Shown here: positions 42,282 to 57,500 of the stretch, in pieces
How positions within the stretch are numbered: the first letter of the stretch is position 1
Layout: every line of letters begins with the position of its first letter
Assembly: GCF_009914755.1 (NCBI RefSeq)
Contig: NC_060938.1
Direction: 5' to 3' (one strand)
From: the human T2T-CHM13v2.0 reference genome, Homo sapiens
DNA: 64,000 nt
Program-made: the position numbers and the translations under genes
Notes under the pieces: generated by a model
Seen by the model: only the letters and a program-made list of their open reading frames with translations
Told to the model about the DNA's origin: nothing
Databases searched by the model: none

Positions 42282-45200
42282 CTGTTAGGTGAGTGCATAC
42301 GTCATAAAGGAGTTTCTGAGAATGTTTCTGTCTAGTGGTTATGGGAAGATATTTGCTTTTTCACCGTAGGCCTCAGAGCGCTCCAAATATCCACTTGCAC
42401 ATACTACAAAAAGAGTGCTTCAAAGCTGCTCTCTGAAACGGAATGTTCAACTCTATGAGTTGAATGCAAACATCACAAAGACGTTTCTGAGAATGCTTCT
42501 GTCTAGATTTGATATGAAGATATTCCCGTTTCCAACGAAATCTTCAAATCTATCCAAATGTCCACTTGCAGATTCAACAAAAAGTGTTTTTCAGAACTGC
42601 TCTATCAAAAGAAAGATCCACCTCTGTTAGCTGAGTTCACACATCACAAACAAGTTTATGAGAATGCTTCTGTCTAGTTTTTATTTGAAGATATTTCCTT
42701 TCTCACCATAGAGCTGAAAGCTGTCCTAATGTTCACTTCCAGATACTACAGAAAGAGTGTTTCAAAACTGCTGTACGAAAGGGAATGTTCAACTCTGTGA
42801 CTTGAATGCACACATCACAAAGAAGTTTCTGAGGATGCTGCTGTCTACTTTTTATACGTAATCCCGTTTCCAACGAAATCCTCCAAGCTATCCAAATATC
42901 CACTTGCAGATTCCACAGAAAGACTGTTTCAAAACTGCTCTGTCAATAGAAAGGTTCAACTCTGTTAGCTGCATGCATATATCCCAAAGAAGATTCTGAG
43001 ATTGCTTCTGTCTAGTTTTTATGGGAAGATATTTCCCTTTTCACCGTAGGCGTCAAGGCGCTCCAAATGTCCACTTCCAGATACTACAAAAAGAGTGTTT
43101 CAAACCTACTCTGTGAAAGGGAATATTCAACTCTGTGACTTGAATGCACATATCACAAGGAAGTTTCTGAGAATGCTTCTGTCGAGATTTTATATGAAGA
43201 TATTCCCGTTTCCAACGAAATCCTGAAATCTATCCAAATATCCCCTCGCAGATTCTACAAAAAGAGTGTTTCAAAACTGCTCTGTAAAAAGAAAGGTTCA
43301 ACTCTGTTAGTTGAGTACACACATCACAAACAAGTTTCACACAATGCTTCTTTCTAGCTTGTAGGGGAAGATATTCCCTTTATCACCATGGGCCTCAAAC
43401 CGTCCGATAAGTCCACTTCCATATACTACAAAAAGAGCGTTTCAAACCTGTTCTATGAAAGGCAATGTTCAACTCTGTGACTTGAATGCAGACATCACAG
43501 AGCAGTTTCTGAGAATGCTTCTGTCTAGATTTTATAGGAAGATATTCCCGTTTCCAACGAAATCTTCACAGCTATCCAAATATCCACTTGCAGATTCTAC
43601 AAAAAGAGTGTATCAAAACTGCTCTGTCAAAAGGAAGGTTCTTTTCTGTTAGGTGAGTGCATACGTCATAAAGGAGTTTCTGAGAATGTTTCTGTCTAGT
43701 GGTTATGGGAAGATATTTGCTTTTTCACCGTAGGCCTCAGAGCGCTCCAAATATCCACTTGCACATACTACAAAAAGAGTGCCTCAAAGCTGCTCTCTGA
43801 AACGGAATGTTCAACTCTATGAGTTGAATGCAAACATCGCAAAGACGTTTCTGAGAATGCTTCTGTCTAGATTTGATATGAAGATATTCCCGTTTCCAAC
43901 GAAATCTTCAAATCTATCCAAATGTCCACTTGCAGATTCAACAAAAAGTGTTTTTCAGAACTGCTCTATCAAAAGAAAGATCCACCTGTGTTAGCTGAGT
44001 TCACACATCACAAACAAGTTTATGAGAATGCTTCTGTCTAGTTTTTATTTGAAGATATTTCCTTTCTCACCATAGAGCTGAAAGCTGTCCTAATGTTCAC
44101 TTCCAGATACTACAGAAAGAGTGTTTCAAAACTGCTGTACGAAAGGGAATGTTCAACTCTGTGACTTGAATGCACACATCACAAAGAAGTTTCTGAGGAT
44201 GCTGCTGTCTACTTTTTATACGTAATCCCGTTTCCAACGAAATCCTCCAAGCTATCCAAATATCCACTTGCAGATTCCACAGAAAGACTGTTTCAAAACT
44301 GCTCTGTCAATAGAAAGGTTCAACTCTGTTAGCTGCGTGCATATATCCCAAAGAAGATTCTGAGATTGCTTCTGTCTAGTTTTTATGGGAAGATATTTCC
44401 CTTTTCACCGTAGGCGTCAAGGCGCTCCAAATGTCCACTTCCAGATACTACAAAAAGAGTGTTTCAAACCTACTCTGTGAAAGGGAATATTCAACTCTGT
44501 GACTTGAATGCACATATCACAAAGAAGTTTCTGAGAATGCTTCTGTCGAGATTTTATATGAAGATATTCCCGTTTCCAACGAAATGCTGAAATCTATCCA
44601 AATATCCCCTCGCAGATTCTACAAAAAGAGTGTTTCAAAACTGCTCTGTGAAAAGAAAGGTTCAACTCTGTTAGTTGAGTACACACATCACAAACAAGTT
44701 TCACAGAATGCTTCTTTCTAGCTTGTAGGGGAAGATATTCCCTTTATCACCATGGGCCTCCAACCGTCCGAAACATCCACTTCCATATACTACAAAAAGA
44801 GCGTTTCAAACCTGCTCTATGAAAGGCAATGTTCAACTCTGTGACTTGAATGCAGACATCACAGAGCAGTTTCTGAGAATGCTTCTGTCTAGATTTTATA
44901 GGAAGATATTCCCGTTTCCAACGAAATCTTCACAGCTATCCAAATATCCACTTGCAGATTCTACAAAAAGAGTGTATCAAAACTGCTCTGTCAAAAGGAA
45001 GGTTCTTCTCTGTTAGGTGAGTGCATACGTCATAAAGGAGTTTCTGAGAATGTTTCTGTCTAGTGGTTATGGGAAGATATTTGCTTTTTCACCGTAGGCC
45101 TCAGAGCGCTCCAAATATCCACTTGCACATACTACAAAAAGAGTGCTTCAAAGCTGCTCTCTGAAACGGAATGTTCAACTCTATGAGTTGAATGCAAACA

Positions 45201-48200
45201 TCACAAAGACGTTTCTGAGAATGCTTCTGTCTAGATTTGATATGAAGATATTCCCGTTTCCAACGAAATCTTCAAATCTATCCAAATGTCCACTTGCAGA
45301 TTCAACAAAAAGTGTTTTTCAGAACTGCTCTATCAAAAGAAAGATCCACCTCTGTTAGCTGAGTTCACACATCACAAACAAGTTTATGAGAATGCTTCTG
45401 TCTAGTTTTTATTTGAAGATATTTCCTTTCTCACCATAGAGCTGAAAGCTGTCCTAATGTTCACTTCCAGATACTACAGAAAGAGTGTTTCAAAACTGCT
45501 GTACGAAAGGGAATGTTCAACTCTGTGACTTGAATGCACACATCACAAAGAAGTTTCTGAGGATGCTGCTGTCTACTTTTTATACGTAATCCCGTTTCCA
45601 ACGAAATCCTCCAAGCTATCCAAATATCCACTTGCAGATTCCACAGAAAGACTGTTTCAAAACTGCTCTGTCAATAGAAAGGTTCAACTCTGTTAGCTGC
45701 ATGCATATATCCCAAAGAAGATTCTGAGATTGCTTCTGTCTAGTTTTTATGGGAAGATATTTCCCTTTTCACCGTAGGCGTCAAGGCGCTCCAAATGTCC
45801 ACTTCCAGATACTACAAAAAGAGTGTTTCAAACCTACTCTGTGAAAGGGAATATTCAACTCTGTGACTTGAATGCACATATCACAAGGAAGTTTCTGAGA
45901 ATGCTTCTGTCGAGATTTTATATGAAGATATTCCCGTTTCCAACGAAATCCTGAAATCTATCCAAATATCCCCTTGCAGATTCTACAAAAAGAGTGTTTC
46001 AAAACTGCTCTGTAAAAAGAAAGGTTCAACTCTGTTAGTTGAGTACACACATCACAAACAAGTTTCACACAATGCTTCTTTCTAGCTTGTAGGGGAAGAT
46101 ATTCCCTTTATCACCATGGGCCTCAAACCGTCCGATAAGTCCACTTCCATATACTACAAAAAGAGCGTTTCAAACCTGCTCTATGAAAGGCAATGTTCAA
46201 CTCTGTGACTTGAATGCAGACATCACAGAGCAGTTTCTGAGAATGCTTCTGTCTAGATTTTATAGGAAGATATTCCCGTTTCCAACGAAATCTTCACAGC
46301 TATCCAAATATCCACTTGCAGATTCTACAAAAAGAGTGTATCAAAACTGCTCTGTCAAAAGGAAGGTTCTTTTCTGTTAGGTGAGTGCATACGTCATAAA
46401 GGAGTTTCTGAGAATGTTTCTGTCTAGTGGTTATGGGAAGATATTTGCTTTTTCACCGTAGGCCTCAGAGCGCTCCAAATATCCACTTGCACATACTACA
46501 AAAAGAGTGCCTCAAAGCTGCTCTCTGAAACGGAATGTTCAACTCTATGAGTTGAATGCAAACATCGCAAAGACGTTTCTGAGAATGCTTCTGTCTAGAT
46601 TTGATATGAAGATATTCCCGTTTCCAACGAAATCTTCAAATCTATCCAAATGTCCACTTGCAGATTCAACAAAAAGTGTTTTTCAGAACTGCTCTATCAA
46701 AAGAAAGATCCACCTCTGTTAGCTGAGTTCACACATCACAAACAAGTTTATGAGAATGCTTCTGTCTAGTTTTTATTTGAAGATATTTCCTTTCTCACCA
46801 TAGAGCTGAAAGCTGTCCTAATGTTCACTTCCAGATACTACAGAAAGAGTGTTTCAAAACTGCTGTACGAAAGGGAATGTTCAACTCTGTGACTTGAATG
46901 CACACATCACAAAGAAGTTTCTGAGGATGCTGCTGTCTACTTTTTATACGTAATCCCGTTTCCAACGAAATCCTCCAAGCTATCCAAATATCCACTTGCA
47001 GATTCCACAGAAAGACTGTTTCAAAACTGCTCTGTCAATAGAAAGGTTCAACTCTGTTAGCTGCGTGCATATATCCCAAAGAAGATTCTGAGATTGCTTC
47101 TGTCTAGTTTTTATGGGAAGATATTTCCCTTTTCACCGTAGGCGTCAAGGCGCTCCAAATGTCCACTTCCAGATACTACAAAAAGAGTGTTTCAAACCTA
47201 CTCTGTGAAAGGGAATATTCAACTCTGTGACTTGAATGCACATATCACAAAGAAGTTTCTGAGAATGCTTCTGTCGAGATTTTATATGAAGATATTCCCG
47301 TTTCCAACGAAATGCTGAAATCTATCCAAATATCCCCTCGCAGATTCTACAAAAAGAGTGTTTCAAAACTGCTCTGTGAAAAGAAAGGTTCAACTCTGTT
47401 AGTTGAGTACACACATCACAAACAAGTTTCACAGAATGCTTCTTTCTAGCTTGTAGGGGAAGATATTCCCTTTATCACCATGGGCCTCCAACCGTCCGAA
47501 ACATCCACTTCCATATACTACAAAAAGAGCGTTTCAAACCTGCTCTATGAAAGGCAATGTTCAACTCTGTGACTTGAATGCAGACATCACAGAGCAGTTT
47601 CTGAGAATGCTTCTGTCTAGATTTTATAGGAAGATATTCCCGTTTCCAACGAAATCTTCACAGCTATCCAAATATCCACTTGCAGATTCTACAAAAAGAG
47701 TGTATCAAAACTGCTCTGTCAAAAGGAAGGTTCTTCTCTGTTAGGTGAGTGCATACGTCATAAAGGAGTTTCTGAGAATGTTTCTGTCTAGTGGTTATGG
47801 GAAGATATTTGCTTTTTCACCGTAGGCCTCAGAGCGCTCCAAATATCCACTTGCACATACTACAAAAAGAGTGCTTCAAAGCTGCTCTCTGAAACGGAAT
47901 GTTCAACTCTATGAGTTGAATGCAAACATCACAAAGACGTTTCTGAGAATGCTTCTGTCTAGATTTGATATGAAGATATTCCCGTTTCCAACGAAATCTT
48001 CAAATCTATCCAAATGTCCACTTGCAGATTCAACAAAAAGTGTTTTTCAGAACTGCTCTATCAAAAGAAAGATCCACCTCTGTTAGCTGAGTTCACACAT
48101 CACAAACAAGTTTATGAGAATGCTTCTGTCTAGTTTTTATTTGAAGATATTTCCTTTCTCACCATAGAGCTGAAAGCTGTCCTAATGTTCACTTCCAGAT

Positions 48201-50465
48201 ACTACAGAAAGAGTGTTTCAAAACTGCTGTACGAAAGGGAATGTTCAACTCTGTGACTTGAATGCACACATCACAAAGAAGTTTCTGAGGATGCTGCTGT
48301 CTACTTTTTATACGTAATCCCGTTTCCAACGAAATCCTCCAAGCTATCCAAATATCCACTTGCAGATTCCACAGAAAGACTGTTTCAAAACTGCTCTCTC
48401 AATAGAAAGGTTCAACTCTGTTAGCTGCGTGCATATATCCCAAAGAAGATTCTGAGATTGCTTCTGTCTAGTTTTTATGGGAAGATATTTCCCTTTTCAC
48501 CGTAGGCGTCAAGGCGCTCCAAATGTCCACTTCCAGATACTACAAAAAGAGTGTTTCAAACCTACTCTGTGAAAGGGAATATTCAACTCTGTGACTTGAA
48601 TGCACATATCACAAGGAAGTTTCTGAGAATGCTTCTGTCGAGATTTTATATGAAGATATTCCCGTTTCCAACGAAATCCTGAAATCTATCCAAATATCCC
48701 CTTGCAGATTCTACAAAAAGAGTGTTTCAAAACTGCTCTGTAAAAAGAAAGGTTCAACTCTGTTAGTTGAGTACACACATCACAAACAAGTTTCACACAA
48801 TGCTTCTTTCTAGCTTGTAGGGGAAGATATTCCCTTTATCACCATGGGCCTCAAACCGTCCGATAAGTCCACTTCCATATACTACAAAAAGAGCGTTTCA
48901 AACCTGCTCTATGAAAGGCAATGTTCAACTCTGTGACTTGAATGCAGACATCACAGAGCAGTTTCTGAGAATGCTTCTGTCTAGATTTTATAGGAAGATA
49001 TTCCCGTTTCCAACGAAATCTTCACAGCTATCCAAATATCCACTTGCAGATTCTACAAAAAGAGTGTATCAAAACTGCTCTGTCAAAAGGAAGGTTCTTT
49101 TCTGTTAGGTGAGTGCATACGTCATAAAGGAGTTTCTGAGAATGTTTCTGTCTAGTGGTTATGGGAAGATATTTGCTTTTTCACCGTAGGCCTCAGAGCG
49201 CTCCAAATATCCACTTGCACATACTACAAAAAGAGTGCCTCAAAGCTGCTCTCTGAAACGGAATGTTCAACTCTATGAGTTGAATGCAAACATCGCAAAG
49301 ACGTTTCTGAGAATGCTTCTGTCTAGATTTGATATGAAGATATTCCCGTTTCCAACGAAATCTTCAAATCTATCCAAATGTCCACTTGCAGATTCAACAA
49401 AAAGTGTTTTTCAGAACTGCTCTATCAAAAGAAAGATCCACCTCTGTTAGCTGAGTTCACACATCACAAACAAGTTTATGAGAATGCTTCTGTCTAGTTT
49501 TTATTTGAAGTTATTTCCTTTCTCACCATAGACCTGAAAGCTGTCCTAATGTTCACTTCCAGATACTACAGAAAGAGTGTTTCAAAACTGCTGTACGAAA
49601 GGGAATGTTCAACTCTGTGACTTGAATGCACACATCACAAAGAAGTTTCTGAGGATGCTGCTGTCTACTTTTTATACGTAATCCCGTTTCCAACGAAATC
49701 CTCCAAGCTATCCAAATATCCACTTGCAGATTCCACAGAAAGACTGTTTCAAAACTGCTCTGTCAATAGAAAGGTTCAACTCTGTTAGCTGCGTGCATAT
49801 ATCCCAAAGAAGATTCTGAGATTGCTTCTGTCTAGTTTTTATGGGAAGATATTTCCCTTTTCACCGTAGGCGTCAAGGCGCTCCAAATGTCCACTTCCAG
49901 ATACTACAAAAAGAGTGTTTCAAACCTACTCTGTGAAAGGGAATATTCAACTCTGTGACTTGAATGCACATATCACAAAGAAGTTTCTGAGAATGCTTCT
50001 GTCGAGATTTTATATGAAGATATTCCCGTTTCCAACGAAATGCTGAAATCTATCCAAATATCCCCTCGCAGATTCTACAAAAAGAGTGTTTCAAAACTGC
50101 TCTGTGAAAAGAAAGGTTCAACTCTGTTAGTTGAGTACACACATCACAAACAAGTTTCACAGAATGCTTCTTTCTAGCTTGTAGGGGAAGATATTCCCTT
50201 TATCACCATGGGCCTCCAACCGTCCGAAACATCCACTTCCATATACTACAAAAAGAGCGTTTCAAACCTGCTCTATGAAAGGCAATGTTCAACTCTGTGA
50301 CTTGAATGCAGACATCACAGAGCAGTTTCTGAGAATGCTTCTGTCTAGATTTTATAGGAAGATATTCCCGTTTCCAACGAAATCTTCACAGCTATCCAAA
50401 TATCCACTTGCAGATTCTACAAAAAGAGTGCATCAAAACTGCTCTGTCAAAAGGAAGGTTCTTCT
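42282..50465 (-). repeat. Three tandem copies of the 2728-bp two-HOR super-unit (U32-U37)
   Basis: Same B/A alternation; VLFC ORFs at 43455, 46183 and 48911 are 2728 bp apart. Confidence 0.85.
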
Positions 50466-51387
50466 CTGTTAGGTGAGTGCATACGTCATAAAGGAGTTTC
50501 TGAGAATGTTTCTGTCTAGTGGTTATGGGAAGATATTTGCTTTTTCACCGTAGGCCTCAGAGCGCTCCAAATATCCACTTGCACATACTACAAAAAGAGT
50601 GCCTCAAAGCTGCTCTCTGAAACGGAATGTTCAACTCTATGAGTTGAATGCAAACATCGCAAAGACGTTTCTGAGAATGCTTCTGTCTAGATTTGATATG
50701 AAGATATTCCCGTTTCCAACGAAATCTTCAAATCTATCCAAATGTCCACTTGCAGATTCAAGAAAAAGTGTTTTTCAGAACTGCTCTATCAAAAGAAAGA
50801 TCCACCTCTGTTAGCTGAGTTCACACATCACAAACAAGTTTATGAGAATGCTTCTGTCTAGTTTTTATTTGAAGATATTTCCTTTCTCACCATAGAGCTG
50901 AAAGCTGTCCTAATGTTCACTTCCAGATACTACAGAAAGAGTGTTTCAAAACTGCTGTACGAAAGGGAATGTTCAACTCTGTGACTTGAATGCACACATC
51001 ACAAAGAAGTTTCTGAGGATGCTGCTGTCTACTTTTTATACGTAATCCCGTTTCCAACGAAATCCTCCAAGCTATCCAAATATCCACTTGCAGATTCCAC
51101 AGAAAGACTGTTTCAAAACTGCTCTGTCAATAGAAAGGTTCAACTCTGTTAGCTGCGTGCATATATCCCAAAGAAGATTCTGAGATTGCTTCTGTCTAGT
51201 TTTTATGGGAAGATATTTCCCTTTTCACCGTAGGCGTCAAGGCGCTCCAAATGTCCACTTCCAGATACTACAAAAAGAGTGTTTCAAACCTACTCTGTGA
51301 AAGGGAATATTCAACTCTGTGACTTGAATGCACATATCACAAAGAAGTTTCTGAGAATGCTTCTGTCGAGATTTTATATGAAGATAT

Positions 51388-51404
51388 TCCCGTTTCCAAA
51401 GAAA
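51388..51404 (-). promoter_or_regulatory. Disrupted CENP-B box (box 3 of U38)
   Basis: TCCCGTTTCCAAAGAAA has C>A at 51400. Confidence 0.9.
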
Positions 51405-54400
51405 TGCTGAAATCTATCCAAATATCCCCTCGCAGATTCTACAAAAAGAGTGTTTCAAAACTGCTCTGTGAAAAGAAAGGTTCAACTCTGTTAGTTGAGT
51501 ACACACATCACAAACAAGTTTCACAGAATGCTTCTTTCTAGCTTGTAGGGGAAGATATTCCCTTTATCACCATGGGCCTCCAACCGTCCGAAACATCCAC
51601 TTCCATATACTACAAAAAGAGCGTTTCAAACCTGCTCTATGAAAGGCAATGTTCAACTCTGTGACTTGAATGCAGACATCACAGAGCAGTTTCTGAGAAT
51701 GCTTCTGTCTAGATTTTATAGGAAGATATTCCCGTTTCCAACGAAATCTTCACAGCTATCCAAATATCCACTTGCAGATTCTACAAAAAGAGTGTATCAA
51801 AACTGCTCTGTCAAAAGGAAGGTTCTTCTCTGTTAGGTGAGTGCATACGTCATAAAGGAGTTTCTGAGAATGTTTCTGTCTAGTGGTTATGGGAAGATAT
51901 TTGCTTTTTCACCGTAGGCCTCAGAGCCCTCCAAATATCCACTTGCACATACTACAAAAAGAGTGCTTCAAAGCTGCTCTCTGAAACGGAATGTTCAACT
52001 CTATGAGTTGAATGCAAACATCACAAAGACGTTTCTGAGAATGCTTCTGTCTAGATTTGATATGAAGATATTCCCGTTTCCAACGAAATCTTCAAATCTA
52101 TCCAAATGTCCACTTGCAGATTCAACAAAAAGTGTTTTTCAGAACTGCTCTATCAAAAGAAAGATCCACCTCTGTTAGCTGAGTTCACACATCACAAACA
52201 AGTTTATGAGAATGCTTCTGTCTAGTTTTTATTTGAAGATATTTCCTTTCTCACCATAGAGCTGAAAGCTGTCCTAATGTTCACTTCCAGATACTACAGA
52301 AAGAGTGTTTCAAAACTGCTGTACGAAAGGGAATGTTCAACTCTGTGACTTGAATGCACACATCACAAAGAAGTTTCTGAGGATGCTGCTGTCTACTTTT
52401 TATACGTAATCCCGTTTCCAACGAAATCCTCCAAGCTATCCAAATATCCACTTGCAGATTCCACAGAAAGACTGTTTCAAAACTGCTCTGTCAATAGAAA
52501 GGTTCAACTCTGTTAGCTGCATGCATATATCCCAAAGAAGATTCTGAGATTGCTTCTGTCTAGTTTTTATGGGAAGATATTTCCCTTTTCACCGTAGGCG
52601 TCAAGGCGCTCCAAATGTCCACTTCCAGATACTACAAAAAGAGTGTTTCAAACCTACTCTGTGAAAGGGAATATTCAACTCTGTGACTTGAATGCACATA
52701 TCACAAGGAAGTTTCTGAGAATGCTTCTGTCGAGATTTTATATGAAGATATTCCCGTTTCCAACGAAATCCTGAAATCTATCCAAATATCCCCTCGCAGA
52801 TTCTACAAAAAGAGTGTTTCAAAACTGCTCCGTGAAAAGAAAGGTTCAACTCTGTTAGTTGAGTACACACATCACAAACAAGTTTCACAGAATGCTTCTT
52901 TCTAGCTTGTAGGGGAAGATATTCCCTTTATCACCATGGGCCTCCAACCGTCCGAAACATCCACTTCCATATACTACAAAAAGAGCGTTTCAAACCTGCT
53001 CTATGAAAGGCAATGTTCAACTCTGTGACTTGAATGCAGACATCACAGAGCAGTTTCTGAGAATGCTTCTGTCTAGATTTTATAGGAAGATATTCCCGTT
53101 TCCAACGAAATCTTCACAGCTATCCAAATATCCACTTGCAGATTCTACAAAAAGAGTGTATCAAAACTGCTCTGTCAAAAGGAAGGTTCTTCTCTGTTAG
53201 GTGAGTGCATACGTCATAAAGGAGTTTCTGAGAATGTTTCTGTCTAGTGGTTATGGGAAGATATTTGCTTTTTCACCGTAGGCCTCAGAGCGCTCCAAAT
53301 ATCCACTTGCACATACTACAAAAAGAGTGCTTCAAAGCTGCTCTCTGAAACGGAATGTTCAACTCTATGAGTTGAATGCAAACATCACAAAGACGTTTCT
53401 GAGAATGCTTCTGTCTAGATTTGATATGAAGATATTCCCGTTTCCAACGAAATCTTCAAATCTATCCAAATGTCCACTTGCAGATTCAACAAAAAGTGTT
53501 TTTCAGAACTGCTCTATCAAAAGAAAGATCCACCTCTGTTAGCTGAGTTCACACATCACAAACAAGTTTATGAGAATGCTTCTGTCTAGTTTTTATTTGA
53601 AGATATTTCCTTTCTCACCATAGAGCTGAAAGCTGTCCTAATGTTCACTTCCAGATACTACAGAAAGAGTGTTTCAAAACTGCTGTACGAAAGGGAATGT
53701 TCAACTCTGTGACTTGAATGCACACATCACAAAGAAGTTTCTGAGGATGCTGCTGTCTACTTTTTATACGTAATCCCGTTTCCAACGAAATCCTCCAAGC
53801 TATCCAAATATCCACTTGCAGATTCCACAGAAAGACTGTTTCAAAACTGCTCTGTCAATAGAAAGGTTCAACTCTGTTAGCTGCGTGCATATATCCCAAA
53901 GAAGATTCTGAGATTGCTTCTGTCTAGTTTTTATGGGAAGATATTTCCCTTTTCACCGTAGGTGTCAAGGCGCTCCAAATGTCCACTTCCAGATACTACA
54001 AAAAGAGTGTTTCAAACCTACTCTGTGAAAGGGAATATTCAACTCTGTGACTTGAATGCACATATCACAAAGAAGTTTCTGAGAATGCTTCTGTCAAGAT
54101 TTTATATGAAGATATTCCCGTTTCCAACGAAATGCTGAAATCTATCCAAATATCCCCTCGCAGATTCTACGAAAAGAGTGTTTCAAAACTGCTCTGTGAA
54201 AAGAAAGGTTCAACTCTGTTAGTTGAGTACACACATCACAAACAAGTTTCACAGAATGCTTCTTTCTAGCTTGTAGGGGAAGATATTCCCTTTATCACCA
54301 TGGGCCTCCAACCGTCCGAAACATCCACTTCCATATACTACAAAAAGAGCGTTTCAAACCTGCTCTATGAAAGGCAATGTTCAACTCTGTGACTTGAATG

Positions 54401-54557
54401 CAGACATCACAGAGCAGTTTCTGAGAATGCTTCTGTCTAGATTTTATAGGAAGATATTCCCGTTTCCAACGAAATCTTCACAGCTATCCAAATATCCACT
54501 TGCAGATTCTACAAAAAGAGTGTATCAAAACTGCTCTGTCAAAAGGAAGGTTCTTCT

Positions 54558-57500
54558 CTGTTAGGTGAGTGCATACGTCATAAAGGAGTTTCTGAGAATG
54601 TTTCTGTCTAGTGGTTATGGGAAGATATTTGCTTTTTCACCGTAGGCCTCAGAGCGCTCCAAATATCCACTTGCACATACTACAAAAAGAGTGCTTCAAA
54701 GCTGCTCTCTGAAACGGAATGTTCAACTCTATGAGTTGAATGCAAACATCACAAAGACGTTTCTGAGAATGCTTCTGTCTAGATTTGATATGAAGATATT
54801 CCCGTTTCCAACGAAATCTTCAAATCTATCCAAATGTCCACTTGCAGATTCAACAAAAAGTGTTTTTCAGAACTGCTCTATCAAAAGAAAGATCCACCTC
54901 TGTTAGCTGAGTTCACACATCACAAACAAGTTTATGAGAATGCTTCTGTCTAGTTTTTATTTGAAGATATTTCCTTTCTCACCATAGAGCTGAAAGCTGT
55001 CCTAATGTTCACTTCCAGATACTACAGAAAGAGTGTTTCAAAACTGCTGTACGAAAGGGAATGTTCAACTCTGTGACTTGAATGCACACATCACAAAGAA
55101 GTTTCTGAGGATGCTGCTGTCTACTTTTTATACGTAATCCCGTTTCCAACGAAATCCTCCAAGCTATCCAAATATCCACTTGCAGATTCCACAGAAAGAC
55201 TGTTTCAAAACTGCTCTGTCAATAGAAAGGTTCAACTCTGTTAGCTGCATGCATATATCCCAAAGAAGATTCTGAGATTGCTTCTGTCTAGTTTTTATGG
55301 GAAGATATTTCCCTTTTCACCGTAGGCGTCAAGGCGCTCCAAATGTCCACTTCCAGATACTACAAAAAGAGTGTTTCAAACCTACTCTGTGAAAGGGAAT
55401 ATTCAACTCTGTGACTTGAATGCACATATCACAAGGAAGTTTCTGAGAATGCTTCTGTCGAGATTTTATATGAAGATATTCCCGTTTCCAACGAAATCCT
55501 GAAATCTATCCAAATATCCCCTTGCAGATTCTACAAAAAGAGTGTTTCAAAACTGCTCTGTAAAAAGAAAGGTTCAACTCTGTTAGTTGAGTACACACAT
55601 CACAAACAAGTTTCACACAATGCTTCTTTCTAGCTTGTAGGGGAAGATATTCCCTTTATCACCATGGGCCTCAAACCGTCCGATAAGTCCACTTCCATAT
55701 ACTACAAAAAGAGCGTTTCAAACCTGCTCTATGAAAGGCAATGTTCAACTCTGTGACTTGAATGCAGACATCACAGAGCAGTTTCTGAGAATGCTTCTGT
55801 CTAGATTTTATAGGAAGATATTCCCGTTTCCAACGAAATCTTCACAGCTATCCAAATATCCACTTGCAGATTCTACAAAAAGAGTGTATCAAAACTGCTC
55901 TGTCAAAAGGAAGGTTCTTCTCTGTTAGGTGAGTGCATACGTCATAAAGGAGTTTCTGAGAATGTTTCTGTCTAGTGGTTATGGGAAGATATTTGCTTTT
56001 TCACCGTAGGCCTCAGAGCGCTCCAAATATCCACTTGCACATACTACAAAAAGAGTGCCTCAAAGCTGCTCTCTGAAACGGAATGTTCAACTCTATGAGT
56101 TGAATGCAAACATCGCAAAGACGTTTCTGAGAATGCTTCTGTCTAGATTTGATATGAAGATATTCCCGTTTCCAACGAAATCTTCAAATCTATCCAAATG
56201 TCCACTTGCAGATTCAACAAAAAGTGTTTTTCAGAACTGCTCTATCAAAAGAAAGATCCACCTCTGTTAGCTGAGTTCACACATCACAAACAAGTTTATG
56301 AGAATGCTTCTGTCTAGTTTTTATTTGAAGATATTTCCTTTCTCACCATAGAGCTGAAAGCTGTCCTAATGTTCACTTCCAGATACTACAGAAAGAGTGT
56401 TTCAAAACTGCTGTACGAAAGGGAATGTTCAACTCTGTGACTTGAATGCACACATCACAAAGAAGTTTCTGAGGATGCTGCTGTCTACTTTTTATACGTA
56501 ATCCCGTTTCCAACGAAATCCTCCAAGCTATCCAAATATCCACTTGCAGATTCCACAGAAAGACTGTTTCAAAACTGCTCTCTCAATAGAAAGGTTCAAC
56601 TCTGTTAGCTGCGTGCATATATCCCAAAGAAGATTCTGAGATTGCTTCTGTCTAGTTTTTATGGGAAGATATTTCCCTTTTCACCGTAGGCGTCAAGGCG
56701 CTCCAAATGTCCACTTCCAGATACTACAAAAAGAGTGTTTCAAACCTACTCTGTGAAAGGGAATATTCAACTCTGTGACTTGAATGCACATATCACAAAG
56801 AAGTTTCTGAGAATGCTTCTGTCGAGATTTTATATGAAGATATTCCCGTTTCCAACGAAATGCTGAAATCTATCCAAATATCCCCTCGCAGATTCTACGA
56901 AAAGAGTGTTTCAAAACTGCTCTGTGAAAAGAAAGGTTCAACTCTGTTAGTTGAGTACACACATCACAAACAAGTTTCACAGAATGCTTCTTTCTAGCTT
57001 GTAGGGGAAGATATTCCCTTTATCACCATGGGCCTCCAACCGTCCGAAACATCCACTTCCATATACTACAAAAAGAGCGTTTCAAACCTGCTCTATGAAA
57101 GGCAATGTTCAACTCTGTGACTTGAATGCAGACATCACAGAGCAGTTTCTGAGAATGCTTCTGTCTAGATTTTATAGGAAGATATTCCCGTTTCCAACGA
57201 AATCTTCACAGCTATCCAAATATCCACTTGCAGATTCTACAAAAAGAGTGTATCAAAACTGCTCTGTCAAAAGGAAGGTTCTTCTCTGTTAGGTGAGTGC
57301 ATACGTCATAAAGGAGTTTCTGAGAATGTTTCTGTCTAGTGGTTATGGGAAGATATTTGCTTTTTCACCGTAGGCCTCAGAGCGCTCCAAATATCCACTT
57401 GCACATACTACAAAAAGAGTGCTTCAAAGCTGCTCTCTGAAACGGAATGTTCAACTCTATGAGTTGAATGCAAACATCACAAAGACGTTTCTGAGAATGC

